Translations under genes and position numbers: made by a program
Assembly: GCA_027492205.1 (NCBI GenBank)
Contig: JAOZFN010000007.1
Span: 251,278 to 315,277 of the forward strand
Direction of reading: 5' to 3'
Length of the DNA stretch: 64,000 nucleotides
DNA from: Thermoproteota archaeon
GTDB taxonomy: Archaea > Korarchaeota > Korarchaeia > Korarchaeales > Korarchaeaceae
Shown here: positions 10,104 through 20,099 of the stretch, piece by piece
How positions within the stretch are numbered: the first letter of the stretch is position 1
Layout: each line of letters opens with the position of its first letter
The notes under the pieces: generated by a model
Seen by the model: the letters and a program-made list of their open reading frames with translations, nothing else
Database searches by the model: none
What the model was told of the DNA's origin: nothing

Positions 10104-10982
10104 TTATGCCACCTGGCCTGCATAGAGCACTGCATATCTGAGGATGTAGCCCCCAATCAGCACTAGGGCCGCGGTTGTCAGTACCAGCGCTGGGCTGGGG
10201 GCCTTTTCTGGCGTCCTGAGCGAGATTGCCGGGAGGAGTATCTCTCCGATGATCAGACCTACTGCCACGAATCCCAGCCAGAACAGGACCCCGTTCACGC
10301 TGGTTAGAGACGCTATTGCCCCCCTAGCAGGCGTCGGGATTGTCGCGACGTAGAGCAGTGCGACCAAGAGCTCTATCACCCCGACGATCAACTCCACCTT
10401 GGACAGGCCTGCCGGGCTCAGCCCGACATCCTCGCCAGTACGGTGTACCAGGTACATGAGGACGGCGTATCCCGTCGCGATCCCCGACACGGTGAAGAGA
10501 ACGGGGAGGGCCCAAGGCCTCCAGAGAGATTGCCTGGAGAACCCCAAGAGTATTCCCGTGTAGGCCGCCGTCATCAGGCCGAACATGGATCCTAGAGCTC
10601 CCAAGAGGTCCTTGATTCGGTTGAGGGCGGACCTAAGGGGTTTAAGTGGCTCTCCTCCAAAGTCGGAGAGTCCGAGCCAGTAGGCCAGCCCCAGCACCGT
10701 GAATATCACTATTACCCAGGCGCCCCAGGCCATGGGAGACTCCATGTGAGGCGCCAGCATTATCCTGAAGGCGTGTTCAGGCCTCCCCAGGTCGGCCAGA
10801 AGGAGGATGAGTCCGATAGCCATTGAGACCCAAGAGACCAGCGCGCCGAGCTTTGATGTGCGCCTGATCCCTCCGCGAGTGATCGCGTCAAGGGCTGCGG
10901 TCGAAGCGAAGAGGCCGCCAGCGAGCCCCCCGAGGAACAGGTACGTCGCTATCAGTATTCCCCACTCTACCATCGCAGTCAC
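10104..10982 (-). CDS. NrfD/PsrC-family membrane anchor of formate dehydrogenase
   Basis: WGILIATYLFLGGLAGG, DLGRPE, SPMAWG, AYTGILL. Confidence 0.9.
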   Translation of the reverse strand: MTAMVEWGILIATYLFLGGLAGGLFASTAALDAITRGGIRRTSKLGALVSWVSMAIGLILLLADLGRPEHAFRIMLAPHMESPMAWGAWVIVIFTVLGLAYWLGLSDFGGEPLKPLRSALNRIKDLLGALGSMFGLMTAAYTGILLGFSRQSLWRPWALPVLFTVSGIATGYAVLMYLVHRTGEDVGLSPAGLSKVELIVGVIELLVALLYVATIPTPARGAIASLTSVNGVLFWLGFVAVGLIIGEILLPAISLRTPEKAPSPALVLTTAALVLIGGYILRYAVLYAGQVA

Positions 10983-11734
10983 CTCACCTTGACTTCCTGG
11001 GCTGCCGGGGCAGCCTTACCCCTCGAGACCCCCCAAGCGGCCAGTCCGGCCACAGCAGCCATGGCCAGAGCCAAGAGGCCCTTGTCTATCCTCTCCCGCG
11101 GAGTCTCGGGCCCAAGCCTCGGTAGGCCGGCGTCGGACGGTGCAGTCTCCTTCGGGAAGACGTAGATCCAGGAGGTCCCTCCTCCCTCCTCGAGCCCGTA
11201 GACCGGATGCCCCTTCGCCCTGTACTCCTCCGCCCTGGCCCTGATCTCGTCCAGGCTTCCGAAGATTAAGGCATCCGTGGGGCAGGCGGCGACGCACGCC
11301 GGCTCGAGGCCCTCCCTGACCCTGTCCGCGCAGAAGGTGCACTTCCTTATCGTCTTGTCCAGCGGGTCAAAGTGGGGGACGCCGTACGGACACGCCTCGA
11401 CGCAGTATCTGCACCCAATGCACTTCTTGGAGTCCCAGAGCACTATTCCGTCCTTATCTTTGTGGAGCGCCCCCGTGGGGCAGGCGGCGACGCACGCCGG
11501 CTCGACGCAGTGCATGCACTGCCTCTTCACAAAGTACCATCTGAGGCCATCGCCCTCTCCCATCTCGACGAACCTGACCACAGTCCAGACGTTTGAGGTG
11601 AGGTCTGGCGGGTTTGTGTAGTCTGGAGAGAACTCTGTCGACTCAGCCTCGGTACCATTCCAGACGTGACAGGCTACCTGACAGGCCCGACACCCTATGC
11701 ACCTGTCTACGACTACGAGGACCCCGTATTCCAT
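10979..11734 (-). CDS. Formate dehydrogenase 4Fe-4S beta subunit with C-terminal TM helix
   Basis: ATG at 11734 (MEYGVLV); CIGCRACQVAC, CMHCVEPACVAACP, CIGCRYCVEACP, KCTFC. Confidence 0.92.
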   Translation of the reverse strand: MEYGVLVVVDRCIGCRACQVACHVWNGTEAESTEFSPDYTNPPDLTSNVWTVVRFVEMGEGDGLRWYFVKRQCMHCVEPACVAACPTGALHKDKDGIVLWDSKKCIGCRYCVEACPYGVPHFDPLDKTIRKCTFCADRVREGLEPACVAACPTDALIFGSLDEIRARAEEYRAKGHPVYGLEEGGGTSWIYVFPKETAPSDAGLPRLGPETPRERIDKGLLALAMAAVAGLAAWGVSRGKAAPAAQEVKVR

Positions 11735-11739
11735 CACGA

Positions 11740-14700
11740 TCACCTCCTCCTGCTCGGAGCAGCCCAGGAGGTCGGCTCTCCCTCCGCCCTGTAGTCGTAG
11801 TCTGCCGGAGATGCCTTGCGGATGTACGCCAGGAACGTCTTTGTCTCCTGCATTGTGGTCACGGTGTCCATGTAGATCCCGGAGACCGTGTTGACGACGG
11901 CGAAGGTGCTGTGAGCTCCGGCCCAGCCCCAGTGCCAGGGCAGGTTCACGACGTAGCACTCCCTGCCATCAGGGCCGATCGCCATCTTGGGAACTCTATT
12001 GGTCACCATGGCCCTGAGGAAGATCCTGTTCCTGTTGTTTCCCACCTCCACTATGTCCCCGCTCTTTATCCCCAGGGAATCTGCCAGGGGCTTGGGAATC
12101 TCTACAAAGGGCTCTGGGAAGAGTTCTGCCAGCAGGGGAAGGTTTCTAGTCAGTTGACCCGTGTGGAAGTGCTCGGTGAGCCTGTTCGTGGTCGCGGTCA
12201 CCACGACCGCGCCCTCGGGGACGTGCATCTCCTCGGGAGTGAGGTTCACCGTGTCCGCCAGCTCTCTGAAGTCCTCCTTGGGCGGACTGATCAGGTTGAA
12301 GTTCTCGCCCCTTCTCCAGGCCATAGACGGATACTTCACGGCGAGTTCCTTGCATATGGACTCGGCTGGCTCATAGTGGATAGGGTACCTCATGTCCCAC
12401 GCCCAGATCTCGCTTGGGTTGTCCGGGCTGGGATATGCGTACCACTCCCCGTACCTCCTCTTCATCTCGATAATGGCCCCCTTGAGGCCCATCTGATCGG
12501 CCAGCTGAGCCAATTCACTAGTGAATGCGTCTCTAACCCTCCTCCAGTCGTAGAATCCGACGTACTTAACCACCCTGCCGTCGCCGAGGTCCTTGGTTCC
12601 CTTGAAGTAGGGCTTCTTGTAGTTCGCCTTCCCGGCCATGACGACCTCCTGGTCGTAGTAGAAGCTCTCACAGAGCGGACAGACGATGCCCAGCTCGTCA
12701 GCCGTCTTGATCTCGTAGCCCCCGTCCTCGTGGAAGAAGACGAACTTTCCAACCACCCTCCCGCTGAGCAGAGACCTCGGGTCAACCGCCCCGGTGAAGA
12801 CGTCGGCCACCCCGCTCCAGGCTCTCTTGTAGAACTTCCCTACCACGAAGTTGTGACCGGGTATGAAGGCTGGGCGCCACTCGCCGGAAACGGCATCCCT
12901 GATCTCCCCGGTCTCCCCCGTCACCTCTACGGTCTTTCCATCCAGCTCCGGCCCAACAGCGTACTTACCCGATGGGAACTCATAGGTGACCCTTCTACCG
13001 AGGGTCTTCGAGAGGGTCCAGAGGTTATAGAGGATCCTCACGTTCTTGGGCCAGCTCCACCCCCAATCCTTGTGCATGAGATATGTCCTGTCCAGGATTC
13101 CGTCGATGTCAGATTCTCCCCTCAGGAAGGCGATCCTCCTCTTGGCAAGCGGCCTGCGGTCCACCCAGTCGTACATCCCGTTGTAGAGGTCGACGGCCAA
13201 GTCTATCTCCCGGTAGACGAGCTCAGGATCGACCTCTGAGTAGTCCTCGTCCGGCAGCCTGCCGGTGTAGTAGTCCATGAACGGAGATATCTTCCTCTCG
13301 TACAGCTGGACGAACTCGCCCTCTCTGTAGGGGTTTCGAATGAGGACCCTCTCCCTGTACTTTCCGTAGACCTGACTCGGTAGTCTCACCGCCCCCTCAG
13401 CCTTCAGGGCCTCCCAGAGCCTCGTCATTATCCAGAGGTCCGGCTTAGCATCACCCGGCGGGCTTGCGACCCTGTCCTGCCACTGTATCCACCTACTGCT
13501 GTTTGTAATGCTGCCGTACTTCTCGTATTGAACCGCGCCGGGCAGAAGGACGTCTGCAAACGTGGCGGTCTCGGTCTCCCAGAGGTCCACCACTACCAGC
13601 AGCTTCAGGGAGGCCAGGGCCATGTACTCGGTCAGGGTGTCCGCGTTGCTCACGGCCGGGTTCTCGGCCATGATTATGGCGGCCTTGATCACGTCGTCGA
13701 ACAGGGCGCCCTGCCACCATGTGTTCTCGGTGTAGCCGGCGCCGAACGGGAAGTCGCTTATCACCGTGCCATTTTGCGGGTCATCCTCCGGATCAGTCCC
13801 GACGAAGATGCCCCAGGTCAGCTCGAACCTCCTCCAGTTGTGGAACCACCAGCTCCAGAGGATCTTCGTGGAGTTTACCTTCCCCCTCTCGTTGGGACCG
13901 AACGCCGAGCCGGCCCACTCGGGTATCTCCCAGTTCCAGGCGTCCGGGAACCCCTGGTTCTTCCAGTCCTGGTACACCCGGATTTGGAGGGTACTGGACG
14001 GCTGCTTGATGTAGCCGGGGAGGATGTGCGACAGAATACAGAGGTCTGTGGTCCCTTGGACGTTGCTGTGCCCCCTGTACGGGTTCAGCCCTCCACCTGG
14101 GAATCCCATGTTTCCAAGTGTGAGCTGGATCAGCGCACTCATCCTCGTTATCTGCGTTCCTATGTGATGCTGAGTCTGCCCCATGGCCCATTGGATTGAA
14201 GCGAACTTCTGGAAGTTCGTTGTCACCCCGGAGTTCTCGACATAAGTCTGCGCGATCAGCCTGAGCTTGTCAGGGGGGATCCCTGTTATTTTGGAGACCT
14301 CCTCGGCCGTGTAGTCTTTGGCTATCTCCTTGAACTCCGCGATCTCATCGATGTCAACATTGAACCTCTCGACGAACTCTCTGAACGTGTTCAGCTGATC
14401 AACCGGTGGATTTCTCTCCCAAAAGGCATAGTGGAGGATGTAGAGGAGGAAGGCCAGGTCACTCCCTGGCCGGAAGAACGCGAATATGTCAGACTTGCTG
14501 GCCGTCCTGTTGTACCTCGGGTCCACCACAACCAGCTTCAGGCCCCTCTCCTCCCTTCCCCTCAGCGTGTGCCTCATGCTAACAGGGTGGTTCTCCGCCG
14601 GGTTCCCCCCGAATATCAGGTAAACCGCGGGAAACTGCGTGTCAATGAAATGCTGGGTCTGGGCGCCGAACCCCACGGTCCCCGCCAGGCCCGCCACGGT

Positions 14701-15387
14701 AGTCGAGTGGCATCTCCTAGCGTCGTGGTCTATGTTGTAACTCCCCATCATAGTGGCCATCTTCTTGATCAGATAGGCCTCTTCGTTGGTCAATTTGGCC
14801 CCAGCTTCTATCATAACGGGAAATTGCTTCCCGTTGTAGTAGAAGCCATCCTCCTGCCGCGGATCCAATCCAGCCTCGTCTATTATCTCCTTGATCTTCC
14901 TAGCAACAAAGGAGATGGCTTCATCCCAGGTTACTGGCTTCCAGACTGGCTTGTATTTCTCAATAATCTTCCTCAGATCGGCCTGGTTCCTAACAGCCTT
15001 CAGCTCATCGACCGTCGGCTTAGGGTTGACCCTTATCATAGGAGTCTTGATGCGCCTGGGGTTGTACTCCCCAAATAGCTGGATTGATGCCTTACCTTTG
15101 GGGCACAGCTTGCCCTCGTTGATGGGGTTATCAGGGTCTCCCTCTACGTAGACGACGCTGTCTCCGACCTTGTAGAATATGATGCCGCATCCAACCGCGC
15201 AGTAGGCGCACACCCCCCTGACGGTCCTCGTCAGGCGAAGGTCCTTTTCCATGGCCCTTATCTCTTCCTGGCTTGGAGAGGCGATCGCCAGGACCAGCTT
15301 GGAGGAGTCGCCAAGCAGCAGGGGAACCGAAGAGAGGCCAAGCACCTTAAGGAAGTCTCTCCTCTTGACGACAACGGACTCTGTCAA
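11740..15387 (-). CDS. fdhA: Formate dehydrogenase alpha subunit (Mo/W-bisPGD, Cys type, Tat-exported)
   Basis: KRRDFLK Tat motif, CAYCAVGC...C cluster, ARRCHS active site, RGHSNVQG, C-terminal dinucleotide-binding domain. Confidence 0.95.
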   Translation of the reverse strand: MTESVVVKRRDFLKVLGLSSVPLLLGDSSKLVLAIASPSQEEIRAMEKDLRLTRTVRGVCAYCAVGCGIIFYKVGDSVVYVEGDPDNPINEGKLCPKGKASIQLFGEYNPRRIKTPMIRVNPKPTVDELKAVRNQADLRKIIEKYKPVWKPVTWDEAISFVARKIKEIIDEAGLDPRQEDGFYYNGKQFPVMIEAGAKLTNEEAYLIKKMATMMGSYNIDHDARRCHSTTVAGLAGTVGFGAQTQHFIDTQFPAVYLIFGGNPAENHPVSMRHTLRGREERGLKLVVVDPRYNRTASKSDIFAFFRPGSDLAFLLYILHYAFWERNPPVDQLNTFREFVERFNVDIDEIAEFKEIAKDYTAEEVSKITGIPPDKLRLIAQTYVENSGVTTNFQKFASIQWAMGQTQHHIGTQITRMSALIQLTLGNMGFPGGGLNPYRGHSNVQGTTDLCILSHILPGYIKQPSSTLQIRVYQDWKNQGFPDAWNWEIPEWAGSAFGPNERGKVNSTKILWSWWFHNWRRFELTWGIFVGTDPEDDPQNGTVISDFPFGAGYTENTWWQGALFDDVIKAAIIMAENPAVSNADTLTEYMALASLKLLVVVDLWETETATFADVLLPGAVQYEKYGSITNSSRWIQWQDRVASPPGDAKPDLWIMTRLWEALKAEGAVRLPSQVYGKYRERVLIRNPYREGEFVQLYERKISPFMDYYTGRLPDEDYSEVDPELVYREIDLAVDLYNGMYDWVDRRPLAKRRIAFLRGESDIDGILDRTYLMHKDWGWSWPKNVRILYNLWTLSKTLGRRVTYEFPSGKYAVGPELDGKTVEVTGETGEIRDAVSGEWRPAFIPGHNFVVGKFYKRAWSGVADVFTGAVDPRSLLSGRVVGKFVFFHEDGGYEIKTADELGIVCPLCESFYYDQEVVMAGKANYKKPYFKGTKDLGDGRVVKYVGFYDWRRVRDAFTSELAQLADQMGLKGAIIEMKRRYGEWYAYPSPDNPSEIWAWDMRYPIHYEPAESICKELAVKYPSMAWRRGENFNLISPPKEDFRELADTVNLTPEEMHVPEGAVVVTATTNRLTEHFHTGQLTRNLPLLAELFPEPFVEIPKPLADSLGIKSGDIVEVGNNRNRIFLRAMVTNRVPKMAIGPDGRECYVVNLPWHWGWAGAHSTFAVVNTVSGIYMDTVTTMQETKTFLAYIRKASPADYDYRAEGEPTSWAAPSRRR

Positions 15388-15449
15388 GAGACACCACCAC
15401 CTATTTCCCGATGGGTGTATGCCACACCCCTGGCATCAAGATAAGCTTT

Positions 15450-15660
15450 GCCGAAAAACGGAGTTAATTACAAATTTCTGCACGTATACGGGAAGTATCA
15501 TCATAAAATAAAAAAAATAAACGCCAGATGAAAGCGATTAAGTCAAAAATTATTGTAATACATCTAAAAGATATATTGTATACAATTTTTCAGATGAAGA
15601 GAATGTAGAATTATTAATCCCACTAAGCCAGTCAATTGAGGGTTTTATAGTTACCCATGC
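15450..15660. promoter_or_regulatory. AT-rich upstream region of the fdh operon with palindrome ATTGTATACAAT (15575-15586)
   Basis: Sharp drop in GC; TATTGTA repeated at 15551 and 15574. Confidence 0.55.
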
Positions 15661-15678
15661 CCACGCCTACGCTAGAAT

Positions 15679-15819
15679 ATGAGCGAAGAGGCGAACTTTG
15701 CCGAGGAGGTCCCGGAGGACCTCTTTGCCCTAGAGGAGATGCTGTATCCGGAAATATCCAAATGTAGGGGGAAGGGTAGGAAGAAAAGGGACAAGTTCAG
15801 CGTCAGAGGGAAGGAGTGA
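15679..15819 (+). CDS. Candidate small protein (46 aa; acidic N-half, basic C-half)
   Basis: MSEEANFAEEVPEDLFALEEMLYPEISKCRGKGRKKRDKFSVRGKE; TTTTATA about 30 nt upstream; below the ORF-track cutoff. Confidence 0.4.
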   Translation: MSEEANFAEEVPEDLFALEEMLYPEISKCRGKGRKKRDKFSVRGKE

Positions 15820-16576
15820 GTCTCTCGGGGGCGCTGTAGACATTGAACCTGTTCCCCCTGGCGAAGCCTATGAGGGTCAGGTTGAACCTCCTGGCTACCT
15901 CGACGGCAGCCAGAGTCGGCGCCGACTTCGACACCAGGACTCTCACCCCGGACCTGAGGGCCTTCAGCGTCATCTCCAAGGTCAGCCGTCCAGATACGGC
16001 GAGGACCAGATCTCCGATGGGTGTTCTGGTCATCACAGCCCTCCCTACAACTTTGTCCACCGCGTTGTGCCTGCCGACATCTTCGTACACGAACAGCGGA
16101 TCTCCGAGGGGGTTGAAGGCCCCCGCCACGTGCGTGGCGCCGGTTCCCCTGTGAAGCTCGGTTCCCCTCGTTATGATCTGAGACACCCTCACCACGGCTT
16201 CAGGGAATATGATCGGGCCTTCGGAGGGGTCAAAAGGCCCGACCCCCTCCGGAAAGGCCGCGGAGGCGGCTCCTCCGCTCGAGACCGTAGTCGACTGGGA
16301 GCCGGGTGCATGTCTGGCCTGAGCCTGGACCTCCACCCTGGCGCCGCGGCTTCTCCACGCCATCACCCCCTCCGGAGCCGAGAACCCCCCTGAGACCACG
16401 TATCCAACTCCCAACTCTGTGAGGTCGCTGGGGAGCGCCTGGAGCCTCGCGAGAAACTCGCCGTTGAGGTAGATCTCGACCGGGACCTCCACCACGACCA
16501 CATCCTCGACCTCAGAGAACTCTCCCCGAGACCAGCGGAGTATCTCGACGCCTTCCACGCAGCAGAGGAGTGACAC
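15803..16576 (-). CDS. fdhD: Formate dehydrogenase sulfurtransferase FdhD
   Basis: TGATH, EDVGRHNAVDKVVG, SGRLT, SKSAPT, TLIGFARG. Confidence 0.93.
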   Translation of the reverse strand: MSLLCCVEGVEILRWSRGEFSEVEDVVVVEVPVEIYLNGEFLARLQALPSDLTELGVGYVVSGGFSAPEGVMAWRSRGARVEVQAQARHAPGSQSTTVSSGGAASAAFPEGVGPFDPSEGPIIFPEAVVRVSQIITRGTELHRGTGATHVAGAFNPLGDPLFVYEDVGRHNAVDKVVGRAVMTRTPIGDLVLAVSGRLTLEMTLKALRSGVRVLVSKSAPTLAAVEVARRFNLTLIGFARGNRFNVYSAPERLTPSL

Positions 16577-16620
16577 GGAGGACCGGCCTCGGTGGGGGAA
16601 ATAAGGGAATCGATTCCCCC

Positions 16621-17661
16621 TCAGCAGATGCGTGGAACCGGAACGCCCGAGGGGGGCTCCAGTATCCTGAGGCCGCCCGCTACGGTCTTGATCAGCACCA
16701 GACCGCCGTACCTCTCGGATGATCGCGCCTCGCCTATTATCTGGGCGTCCCGCTCACCGAGATCCCGGATGAACTCCAGTATCTCGTCCGCCGACTCCGG
16801 GTCGACCGCGAGCAGGGCCCTACCCTCGCACGCCAGGGAGAGTGGGTCGACCCCCAAGAGCTCCGTGTAAGCCCGGACCTCCTCCCTAACCGGAATGCTC
16901 GCCTCGTCGACCACCAGCACGAGGCCGGTCTTGGAGGCCCACTCGTTCAGGGACTGGGACAGACCTCCCCTGGTCGGGTCCTGGGCCGCCCGAATGCGGT
17001 CTCCGTACTCCCGCAAGAGGGGGATCATCAGGCTTGTCAGCGGCCTCGAGTCGCTCGAAAGCCCCTGGGACTCCACGTCTACCCCCCGCTGGGCGGCGAG
17101 TATGGCCGCGCCGTGCTCGCCAACGCTCCCCGTCACGATCAACTTGTCTCCCGGCTTGATCCGCGAATCGACGATCAGCCTCTCCGCCACCCCGACGCCG
17201 GCCGTGGTCATGACGACGCCGTCGACGTTCCCGCGCGGCATGACCTTGAAGTCACCCCCGACCAGCTTGACGCCCTCGCCCCTGAGGGTGGAAACCAGCG
17301 AGCCCACGATCCTCCTCAGGTCTTCCATGGGGAAGCCCTCCTCCACGACGATCGCGTCGAGCATCGCGATCGGCCTGGCCCCCATCATAAGCAGGTCGTT
17401 GATCGTCCCCGCCGCCGCGAGCTCGCCTATGTTTCCTCCCGGGAAGAAGGGTGGCTTGACCGTGTAGGAGTCGGCGGTGAAGACCAGGTGCCTCCCGTCC
17501 GGCAGAGGGATGGAGGCCCCGTCGTCCAGCTCGTCCGTGCCCACGCCGCCCTCGACCCTCTTCATGTCCTCCTCGAGGAGGGAGACGATGACCTCCCGGA
17601 TTAGAGCAGAGGTCTCCCGCCCTCCGGCCCCGTGAGCGAGCTTGACTGCCTCCCCAGTCAA
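16621..17661 (-). CDS. hypE: Hydrogenase maturation protein HypE
   Basis: LAHGAGG, DPTRGG, C-terminal PRIC. Confidence 0.95.
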   Translation of the reverse strand: MTGEAVKLAHGAGGRETSALIREVIVSLLEEDMKRVEGGVGTDELDDGASIPLPDGRHLVFTADSYTVKPPFFPGGNIGELAAAGTINDLLMMGARPIAMLDAIVVEEGFPMEDLRRIVGSLVSTLRGEGVKLVGGDFKVMPRGNVDGVVMTTAGVGVAERLIVDSRIKPGDKLIVTGSVGEHGAAILAAQRGVDVESQGLSSDSRPLTSLMIPLLREYGDRIRAAQDPTRGGLSQSLNEWASKTGLVLVVDEASIPVREEVRAYTELLGVDPLSLACEGRALLAVDPESADEILEFIRDLGERDAQIIGEARSSERYGGLVLIKTVAGGLRILEPPSGVPVPRIC

Positions 17662-17894
17662 CTGAACACCCCCTGCTCCTCCATCGCCTGTAGGATCTCG
17701 TTCCAGATCCTTATCGTCTCCTCCGCCTCCTCCTGACTTATCTTGGATATCACTATCCCAGCGTGGACCAGCACGTAGTCTCCGGGAGAGACGTCCTCCA
17801 GGGAAGCGTCCACCTCCCTCTTGACCCCGCCAAAGTCCACCACGGCCACCCTGCCCCTAACCTCTACGACTCTCCCCGGTATCCCCAGGCACAA
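17658..17894 (-). CDS. hypC: Hydrogenase maturation chaperone HypC
   Basis: TTG start gives MCLGIPG; GDYVLVHAG. Confidence 0.93.
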   Translation of the reverse strand: MCLGIPGRVVEVRGRVAVVDFGGVKREVDASLEDVSPGDYVLVHAGIVISKISQEEAEETIRIWNEILQAMEEQGVFS

Positions 17895-17899
17895 CCCGA

Positions 17900-18712
17900 T
17901 CAGCCTCCCATCCTGGACACGACGCCCCTCACGAGATCGTCGACCGCCCTCGAGATCTCCTCCGAGCACCTGTGCACCGGGCCGCCGGCCTCGATGGCCT
18001 CCTCCACCCTGGGGTCCATCGGGAACCTGGCCAGAACGGGGATGCCGAACTCCTCGGCCAGCCCGTCGACCCCTCCCTCGCCGAAGGGCTTCACAACCCC
18101 TCCCCCTGGGCAGGGGACGTAGCTCATGTTCTCCACGAGGCCCAGCACCCTCACGCGCTCGTCTCTGAGGAGGCTCAAGAGCCTCCTCACGACCCTCCGC
18201 GCAACGAGGGATGGGGTGGCCACCACCAGGGCTCCAAACCCAGCCTCCCCCCTGCCCCTGGCGACCCTCAGGGCGGAGATGATCTCGTCTCCGGTTCCCG
18301 GTGGGAGGTCGACCACCAAGTAGTCGAGGCTGGGCCAGTTCGTGAGGGCCATCATGGTCACCACGAGCGACCTCTCGACCTCCCCGAGGGCTGGCAGGGG
18401 AGAGTCCCCCACGAGGAGGCTGACCGACATCAGGTGGATCCCCCGGGTCAAGGTGGGCTCGATGCCCTTCCTCCCAGCCACCACGGGCCCGCTGGCCCCC
18501 AGGATATGTGAAAGGGCTGACCCGTGGACGTCGACGTCCATCAGGCCAACCCTCTTTCCCTCGTCGACCAGCGCCAGGGCCAGGAGGGCAGAGATCAGGC
18601 TCTTTCCAACGCCGCCCTTGCCGGCTCCCACAAAGATCACGTTCTCCGCCCTTGAGAGCCTCCGGGCCGCCTCCTCCCGAATGAAGTCCGGGGCGCCCGG
18701 TGAGTCGCTCAT
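17900..18712 (-). CDS. Mrp/MinD-family ATPase, probable ATPase-type HypB
   Basis: GKGGVGKS, DVDVHG, VDLPPGTGD, GLVENMS; directly downstream of hypA. Confidence 0.8.
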   Translation of the reverse strand: MSDSPGAPDFIREEAARRLSRAENVIFVGAGKGGVGKSLISALLALALVDEGKRVGLMDVDVHGSALSHILGASGPVVAGRKGIEPTLTRGIHLMSVSLLVGDSPLPALGEVERSLVVTMMALTNWPSLDYLVVDLPPGTGDEIISALRVARGRGEAGFGALVVATPSLVARRVVRRLLSLLRDERVRVLGLVENMSYVPCPGGGVVKPFGEGGVDGLAEEFGIPVLARFPMDPRVEEAIEAGGPVHRCSEEISRAVDDLVRGVVSRMGG

Positions 18713-19146
18713 CTCTCCACCACCACCCTCTCCACCCTGAGGTCCCCGCCGCGCTCGAGGGTGAAGTCCCGACTGCCGCAGGCCGGACACCTGATCAGGG
18801 CCGTGGCCAGGCCGGGCATCAGGTGGAGTGGGCTCTCTAGCCCGCCGCCATCCTCGACGATCCTGGGGCCGCCGGAGTCCACCTGCCGCTCGGCCTCCTT
18901 AAAGTCCCAGACGTGGCCGCACGAGTTGCAGATGAACTTCGCCTCCTCCTCCCTCAATACGAGCTTGGAGCCTTCGAGGGGGGTCCCCTTGACCATGGAG
19001 GCGAAGGCCTGCTCGAATATCTCGGTGTCGAGCTCCATCAGCTCTCCGTAGGCCACATCCACTTCCACTATCCTCGAGATCCCCTCCCGCTCCGCGTACC
19101 TAGAGAGGGAGGTCACTAGGGCCTCGGCCAGCGACCACTCGTGCAT
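18709..19146 (-). CDS. hypA: Hydrogenase nickel incorporation protein HypA
   Basis: MHEWSLA start, CNSC...CPACGS, Thermococcus-like insert containing His (LHLMP). Confidence 0.93.
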   Translation of the reverse strand: MHEWSLAEALVTSLSRYAEREGISRIVEVDVAYGELMELDTEIFEQAFASMVKGTPLEGSKLVLREEEAKFICNSCGHVWDFKEAERQVDSGGPRIVEDGGGLESPLHLMPGLATALIRCPACGSRDFTLERGGDLRVERVVVER

Positions 19147-19206
19147 CTCGCCCATCGACCTCCGGATTGCTTCCGCCGCGTCGTTGGCTAAGGCCGGATC
19201 GGTCGA

Positions 19207-19220
19207 ATAAAAAAAGAGGG
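19207..19220 (-). terminator. Oligo-T terminator after the hydrogenase structural operon
   Basis: CTCTTTTTTTATT on the minus strand just after the NrfD stop. Confidence 0.55.
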
Positions 19221-19226
19221 GAGTGG

Positions 19227-20099
19227 TCAGATGGACTGGCCGAGGAAGACGACGACGTACCTCAGCGCGAGGCCGCCCAGAAGGGTCAGGAACGCCGACA
19301 AGAACAGCGTGGCAGATCCTCCGGTCTTCATCTCCAGCAGCGGCAGCACTATCTCGCCGAAGATCACTCCGGCGAGCAGGAAGACGAGGAGGAATATGAG
19401 GCCGTAGGGGTTGGACGCGCTGAGGAGGGCGGCTCGCGCCTCGGCCGGGAGCAGGGCCACGTAGGCCCCCGCTGCGGCTAGCTCCAGCACCCCGAGCACC
19501 GCCTCGTACATCGGGATCTTTTCGGCCAGCCCCGCGCCGTGCACCTCGCCGGTCCTCTCCACTATGACCGAGAAGAGGGCGTACCCCGTGGCCAGGGCCG
19601 AGGCCAGGAAGAGCGCCGGTAGGGCTGCCGAGGCCCACATGGAGTGCCTGGCGTACGTGAGCAGTATGCCGGTGTAGGCCCCCGTCATGAAGGCGAACAT
19701 GCCTCCCAAGATCCCTATTATCGTCTTCAGCCTGACGAGGAGGTTCCATAGGGGCTTCAGCAGCCTCTTCACTATCACGCCTGTGTGAGCGAGCCAGTAG
19801 GCAAGCGCGAGGACCATGAAGATCACTATCACCATGGATCCCCAGCTCATCGGCGACACTGGGTGGGGATGAAGCATGGTGTTGAAGGCCCTCTCGGGCC
19901 TCCCCAGGTCGAGTATCAGCATGCATATGCCCAGCGCTATTATGACCCAGGACCAGTAGGCCCCCCACTCGACGGTCCGCTTGAACCTCTTCCCGCCCAC
20001 GAAGTCCAGCCCAGCGGTGGCCGCGAAGAGGCCGGCGCTCAGCCCACCGAGGAAGAGGTACAGAGTTACGAGCCAGCCCCACACGAACACATCACTCAC
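19227..20099 (-). CDS. NrfD/PsrC-family membrane anchor of the hydrogenase
   Basis: WGWLVTLYLFLGGLSAG, DLGRPER, SPMSWG; paralogous to 10104-10982. Confidence 0.9.
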   Translation of the reverse strand: MSDVFVWGWLVTLYLFLGGLSAGLFAATAGLDFVGGKRFKRTVEWGAYWSWVIIALGICMLILDLGRPERAFNTMLHPHPVSPMSWGSMVIVIFMVLALAYWLAHTGVIVKRLLKPLWNLLVRLKTIIGILGGMFAFMTGAYTGILLTYARHSMWASAALPALFLASALATGYALFSVIVERTGEVHGAGLAEKIPMYEAVLGVLELAAAGAYVALLPAEARAALLSASNPYGLIFLLVFLLAGVIFGEIVLPLLEMKTGGSATLFLSAFLTLLGGLALRYVVVFLGQSI

